NCBI GenBank assembly: GCA_024181965.1
Contig: BQXS01012650.1
Span: 1-40,241, forward strand
From: Aduncisulcus paluster
Taxonomy: Eukaryota
Length of the DNA: 40,241 nucleotides
Direction: 5' to 3'
Shown: in pieces, positions 35,471 through 40,241 of the stretch
How the letters are laid out: every line of letters starts with the position of its first letter
How positions within the stretch are numbered: position 1 is the stretch's first letter
Notes under the pieces: generated by a model
The model's input: the letters and a program-made list of their open reading frames with translations, nothing else
Database searches by the model: none
What the model was told of the DNA's origin: nothing
Position numbers and translations under genes: made by a program

Positions 35471-36385
35471 TTATTCTAATGTCTTTTTATAGTATTCAAT
35501 AAGTTTCTCAAAGGAGAAATCGAAGGGTGTTTCGACTGGATCGAAAGGTAATTCCAACCCCTTAACTTCTCCACCTGTCCTTCGTGCTTCTCTTAAAGTA
35601 GCATTGATTTCTTTTAGATATTTAGTGTCGGAGATATGGATATCATCAACGATCTTCTTGAAATCACCTTTGTCCAGGGCTCCAGATTGAATCTCCTTTA
35701 AGACTGTTTGAAGGTGCAATATTCTCCGTAAATATATCAAAATGGACGTTTGTTCGATCTCTATTTCTCCCACTAACTTACTTAAATCAACTGGACAGGG
35801 CAATGGAGTTCCATCACCGAAAACGAATGGAGCTTCTGGATCTCTCTTCTTCCCTACTTTATGGACCATCGGACTTGTACATAGAACATTCAATATATCA
35901 TATAATCGTCTATAATCAATTCCAAGGTCTTCATGGATCTGTTTAAACGATGCTTGACCTCTACGTTGCAAATATGAAAGAATACTTTTAGTCCAATCTT
36001 CAAGACCCATTTTGCTTCGACTACCCCGTTTTGTAATTGGTTTTTGAGTTTTAAAGGCAGCCGATGGATCAGAGATGGATCTTTCAGGTGTTTCTATCAA
36101 CGATTTTGCTTTCTCTGCGGCTTTTCGATCCGATGCGACTAATGATTCGGGTATATATGGTAATGCATCTGGAAGAATTATTGTTGATTCGCTTCTATCA
36201 CTCATTACACCTTTGGCAGCAACTGATTCATGCATACTTGTTGAAACAGACGAAGTACTGAGAGCAGGACCACCAGAAGATTTCGCACTTATTTCTTGAG
36301 ATACTGAAGTTGGGACTTGTTTAGAAACAGAATCGTGATAATTCGATCCATCAGCGGAACGAAAAATTTTGCTAGGGTTTTCCAT
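35471..36385 (-). CDS. E2F/DP-family winged-helix transcription factor
   Basis: GLEDWTKSILSYL...IHEDLGIDYRRLYDILNVL contains the RRxYD..NVL recognition helix, followed by a coiled-coil-like segment. Confidence 0.85.
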   Translation of the reverse strand: MENPSKIFRSADGSNYHDSVSKQVPTSVSQEISAKSSGGPALSTSSVSTSMHESVAAKGVMSDRSESTIILPDALPYIPESLVASDRKAAEKAKSLIETPERSISDPSAAFKTQKPITKRGSRSKMGLEDWTKSILSYLQRRGQASFKQIHEDLGIDYRRLYDILNVLCTSPMVHKVGKKRDPEAPFVFGDGTPLPCPVDLSKLVGEIEIEQTSILIYLRRILHLQTVLKEIQSGALDKGDFKKIVDDIHISDTKYLKEINATLREARRTGGEVKGLELPFDPVETPFDFSFEKLIEYYKKTLE

Positions 36386-36683
36386 TTAATATATTAATCG
36401 AAAAATATTGAATTAAGCAAATATAATAGTACAAGATAAAAAGAAAACCAACTATATATTCACCTTGGTATTGTACCAAGCCGCATGCGATGTGAATTTT
36501 TTGTTGCTAGGGAAAATTGTTTCACATTCCCAGAGATTTCTATCCTGTCCTAGAATTAATATCAATCATTTTCCTTTGTTAATTGAATGTCAATAAAACT
36601 CATCTTCGACGAACGGTGGAAAATCCTTTTTGGGTTGATTCGTGTTTTTTTACATCTTATTTAATCCGTCTGTATATTATTAT

Positions 36684-39600
36684 ATGGATCAAAGAGTTAG
36701 TGAAATTCTATTTAATCGTGAAATTGTCGATGGATTAGATCATAAGGAAAAATCAATGGCTACCTCTATAATAGGTAAATTAGCACCAGAAACCAATATC
36801 AACACAGTTAATGGTAAGATAAATTCTGAGCTTCAGTTCTCTTTTGGAAAACCTTTAACATATTCCCGCAAGTTACGACTTGATGAACGTTTAGGAACTA
36901 AAGTATATGATACTGCCACTTCTGCTGAAGATTTATTAGAAAGATTTACAAAACATCAATTATCTTCCAACAAAGAAGAATCAGATATCACAATTACTCA
37001 ATTATTTAAACAGATTCAACATGATAAAGAAAAAATACATGCCGAGGCTGCTCAATTTGAGAAAATGAAAGCCCAACTTGCAAAATATCCATATAAAGAT
37101 GAAGATATTCATATTCCATCTGGAAATCTTTTAGATGCTCTTTCCAGCGACTCATATATTCCAAAGAATCTTTCAAACCCCGATATAACTCCTATCAAGG
37201 CATTATCAATCCAAGATTCAGGAATACAATCGTTACAACATGAATTAGAGACCTCTACAGATGCTCAAAAGAATTTACCAACATATATTTCTGCGCACCT
37301 TTTGTCGTCGAGCAAGCATGCTGAAATCCGTCTAAAACGTCATATCGATCACCTAAAATTAGATCATTTGTTAGAAAAAAGAAAAGATACCGATCCGGAT
37401 GTTGATTTTGGGGATGAAATTGATGATGATCTTATCATGAAGTTATTACCATCTCATTTCTGTTCTACGCCTCCATCTCTTGCGTACCTCTCGAAAATGT
37501 TTACCAAACCCCCTGAGGACAAGCCATTTCTGTCCTCGATTGAACAGTTTGGTTCCGAACTTCAACATACCCACTCCCAGCATATATCCTTCCTTCAAGA
37601 TCTTGCATCAGTATTTATTCTATGTTCATTCAAACCCTCATCAATTCCAAACCATATTGTGTCCTCTGTGACCTCTCTCAGTGGTGTCGTGTCATCTCTC
37701 AAATCCCTCCATTCAATAGCTCTTCCCTCTCTCGCTACTCTCTCCCTCTCCTCTCTCTCATCCCTCTCCTCTCTCTCGGCCCTGTCCTCTCTCTCTTCCT
37801 TCTCAGGGATCTCATCCTTATCCTCACTGTCCCAGCGAGATCGTCTGATGATTCTGCGCCAGACCAGAATGGATGAATATATTAAGGCTGTCAAGGAACG
37901 CAAGGATGAACGTCTGATGCAACTTCTTGACGGGACAGATAAATACCTTGGGGAACTTGTTACAAAGATTAGAAAGAGACGTGGAGATCGGGAGGAGGAT
38001 ATCGTTAGGGATAATCAAGAAGCAGAAGGAGAAGAAGGGAAAGAGGAAGAGGACGAGGAAGAGAATGAAGAAGTAGGAGAAGAAAACAAAGGTGAAGGAG
38101 GTTCTGACAAGACAGGTGATGATTCATCCCCAAAGAAAGAAGATGAGAAGGCCAAGAAGCATTCTAAGATTGCCAAGAAGAATGTGAACATGCGTAAGCT
38201 TTATTATAACACGATCCACTCCCCTGANNNNNNNNNNNNNNNNNNNNATGAAGAAGTAGGAGAAGAAAACAAAGGTGAAGGAGGTTCTGACAAGACAGGT
38301 GATGATTCATCCCCAAAGAAAGAAGATGAGAAGGCCAAGAAGCATTCTAAGATTGCCAAGAAGAATGTGAACATGCGTAAGCTTTATTATAACACGATCC
38401 ACTCCCCTGATTTCACTCACAACATAATTCCTCCTGTATCTGAGCGATCTGACCCTTCAGTGCATCCCGTACACACTTTACACCCTGAGAACTTCATTCC
38501 AAAGCAATATCAATGGGAAGGTGTACAATTCATGATCAATCTCATGCACTCACACACCAATGGTATACTTGCCGATAGTATGGGACTTGGAAAGACTGTA
38601 CAGAGTGTGTTGTTATTGCGATACATCTATGAGTATGGTGTGTACAGGGAAAGGGAACGTGATGAGGAGAAGAAAGCCGAGCGAAGGAAAGAGCGAAGGA
38701 AAGAGAAAGAGAGGGAGAGGAAGAAGAGAGAGAAGCTTGGATATGGAATGTATGACGATGATGATGAATATGACGAGTCTGAGGAGGAAAGTGAAGAAGA
38801 GAGTGAGGCTACACAAGCTCACATGTCATACATATCATCTCTGTTCTCAACTCTAACTCAGACACAAAGAAACACCTTGGACTCAATTGCTAGACTTCCC
38901 CATTTAATTGTGGCTCCATTGAGTACTCTTAATAATTGGCAACGGGAGATACAACGTTGGGGAGGAAACGTGAAGGTCTGCATGTACTGTGGTCTTAAAG
39001 AAAGGAGGCTGAGACTGGGGGATGTTGTCTTGGAAAGAGAGAGTATTGGAGATCGTGTGTATGAAGAGAAGAGAAGAGAGAAGGAGGAACGGTTAAAAAG
39101 AGCCAGAAAGAAGAGGGAAAAAGAAGAAGAACACATGTTTGGAATTACCAAGACTCCTCTCTCTACTTCTAGCAAGGAGGAAGAAGAGGCTAATCCATCC
39201 ACAAATAATGCAATGAATATTGAAACAGAACCTCTCCTTATGAATCCCATGGATATAGCAAGTAATCTTGGTTCGAGTACAACCAACAATAATGCTGAGA
39301 AAGATGAAGAGGAGGAAGATGACGCTGGAGTAGCTTCTTCGTCTTCTTCTGCGACCTCAGCCTTTTCCAAAGGTGCCGTCATTTCTGCAACTTCCTCCTC
39401 TTCCTCCTCAGAGTCTGAGTCAGAGCCTGAGGAAGAAGAAGAGGATGAAGATCTTCCTGAACCTACCTTTACTATTCTCCTTACATCTTATCAATTAATC
39501 ATGAGAGATGTCACCCTCTTGTCTAGACTCAGATATGGATACATGATCGTTGATGAAGGCCACTGTGTGAAGAATACAACGTCAAGACTCTCTCAATTGT

Positions 39601-40241
39601 TGCGAACAAGAATACAATGCCGATACCGTCTATTGTTAACTGGTACTCCTTTGCAAAATAACATAACGGAACTGTGGAGTTTGCTAAACTTTGTACTGCC
39701 CGATATCTTTTCCTCATGCTCTTCCTTCGAGACCTGGTTTAATTCCCCCTTTGAAGACCTTGGAATCGAGCAAAAGGATAGACGCATGACCGAAGAAGAA
39801 CAAATGCTGGTGATCGAGCGTCTACACAGTGTCCTTGTTCCCTTCATGCTCCGAAGAGAGAAGAAAGATGTGCTGTCCCAGTTACCCGAGAAGACTGATG
39901 TCACCATCCGAGTCCCTCTCTCTTTCACCCAACAACGTCTCTACGACACAGTAACAACACACTGTAAGGTATTGATGGAAAAAGAGGAGAAAGAGACACA
40001 TAAGGACATCATGCATCAGCTGGGAGGATCTAGGCGTTCTTCTCACATGCTCTCGATGACATCACATTCCTTTGGTTTCAATAACCCTCTCATGTTACTC
40101 AGACGCATTTCAACCCATCCTTTCCTTCTGTCTGCTTCACAGTGGGAACGTGTGGAGAGAGAGCGAGAGAGTCAGTTAGCTAAGGACAAGGCTCACGCTG
40201 CGACTGCAGTACATGGCACTAATGGTTCTTATATCCCTGGG
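36684..40241 (+). CDS. SNF2: Snf2/Brahma-subfamily chromatin-remodelling ATPase, 3'-partial (missing from the ORF track)
   Basis: The frame starts at ATG 36684 and appears open to the window end; the gap duplication (offset 183) is in frame. It has the post-HSA segment RDRLMILR..MDEYIKAVKERKDERLMQLLDGTDKYL, plus NGILADSMGLGKT, LIVAPLSTLNNWQRE, MIVDEGH, LLLTGTPLQNNITELWSLLNF, FETWFNSPF and IERLHSVLVPFMLRREKKDV. Confidence 0.93.
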   Translation, partial: MDQRVSEILFNREIVDGLDHKEKSMATSIIGKLAPETNINTVNGKINSELQFSFGKPLTYSRKLRLDERLGTKVYDTATSAEDLLERFTKHQLSSNKEESDITITQLFKQIQHDKEKIHAEAAQFEKMKAQLAKYPYKDEDIHIPSGNLLDALSSDSYIPKNLSNPDITPIKALSIQDSGIQSLQHELETSTDAQKNLPTYISAHLLSSSKHAEIRLKRHIDHLKLDHLLEKRKDTDPDVDFGDEIDDDLIMKLLPSHFCSTPPSLAYLSKMFTKPPEDKPFLSSIEQFGSELQHTHSQHISFLQDLASVFILCSFKPSSIPNHIVSSVTSLSGVVSSLKSLHSIALPSLATLSLSSLSSLSSLSALSSLSSFSGISSLSSLSQRDRLMILRQTRMDEYIKAVKERKDERLMQLLDGTDKYLGELVTKIRKRRGDREEDIVRDNQEAEGEEGKEEEDEEENEEVGEENKGEGGSDKTGDDSSPKKEDEKAKKHSKIAKKNVNMRKLYYNTIHSPXXXXXXXXEEVGEENKGEGGSDKTGDDSSPKKEDEKAKKHSKIAKKNVNMRKLYYNTIHSPDFTHNIIPPVSERSDPSVHPVHTLHPENFIPKQYQWEGVQFMINLMHSHTNGILADSMGLGKTVQSVLLLRYIYEYGVYRERERDEEKKAERRKERRKEKERERKKREKLGYGMYDDDDEYDESEEESEEESEATQAHMSYISSLFSTLTQTQRNTLDSIARLPHLIVAPLSTLNNWQREIQRWGGNVKVCMYCGLKERRLRLGDVVLERESIGDRVYEEKRREKEERLKRARKKREKEEEHMFGITKTPLSTSSKEEEEANPSTNNAMNIETEPLLMNPMDIASNLGSSTTNNNAEKDEEEEDDAGVASSSSSATSAFSKGAVISATSSSSSSESESEPEEEEEDEDLPEPTFTILLTSYQLIMRDVTLLSRLRYGYMIVDEGHCVKNTTSRLSQLLRTRIQCRYRLLLTGTPLQNNITELWSLLNFVLPDIFSSCSSFETWFNSPFEDLGIEQKDRRMTEEEQMLVIERLHSVLVPFMLRREKKDVLSQLPEKTDVTIRVPLSFTQQRLYDTVTTHCKVLMEKEEKETHKDIMHQLGGSRRSSHMLSMTSHSFGFNNPLMLLRRISTHPFLLSASQWERVERERESQLAKDKAHAATAVHGTNGSYIPG

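Noticed and set aside
4173-38247. Apparent tandem gene or exon duplications at all nine N-gaps
   Set aside because: Each duplication abuts a gap of 20 N (one of 29 N), and removing it restores a continuous reading frame. These are scaffolding overlaps, not biology.
24429-40241. Operon-like cluster of nuclear genes (MAT1, UTP14, RPC3, TRM112, E2F, SNF2)
   Set aside because: Orientations are mixed and unrelated genes are interspersed, which is expected in a compact eukaryotic genome without synteny evidence.

Overview
This is a gene-dense, AT-rich eukaryotic (protist) draft-assembly window, not a prokaryotic one. It uses the standard genetic code and has short GTATGT...AG spliceosomal introns. 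Protein style, the kinase family and the intron signals suggest a free-living fornicate/metamonad such as Aduncisulcus; this is my inference. All nine N-gaps are flanked by direct duplications, which are unmerged contig or haplotype overlaps and split several genes in the ORF track. After removing them and splicing, the genes are: a partial hypothetical protein; a putative APC4-like gene with a 1-nt frameshift; a ~2,000-aa Ser/Thr kinase with four mosaic ~337-aa repeats and a C-terminal CaaX box, whose ATG lies across an in-phase A_AAA_AAC -1 frameshift; a small hypothetical protein; CFAP43 (~2,800 aa); MAT1/Tfb3; a multi-pass membrane protein; UTP14; RPC3; a divergent Arf-like GTPase; TRM112; an E2F/DP-family factor; and a Snf2/Brahma ATPase running off the end. 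I found no RNA genes, CRISPR arrays or autonomous mobile elements. All homology calls come from motif recognition by eye; no searches were run.
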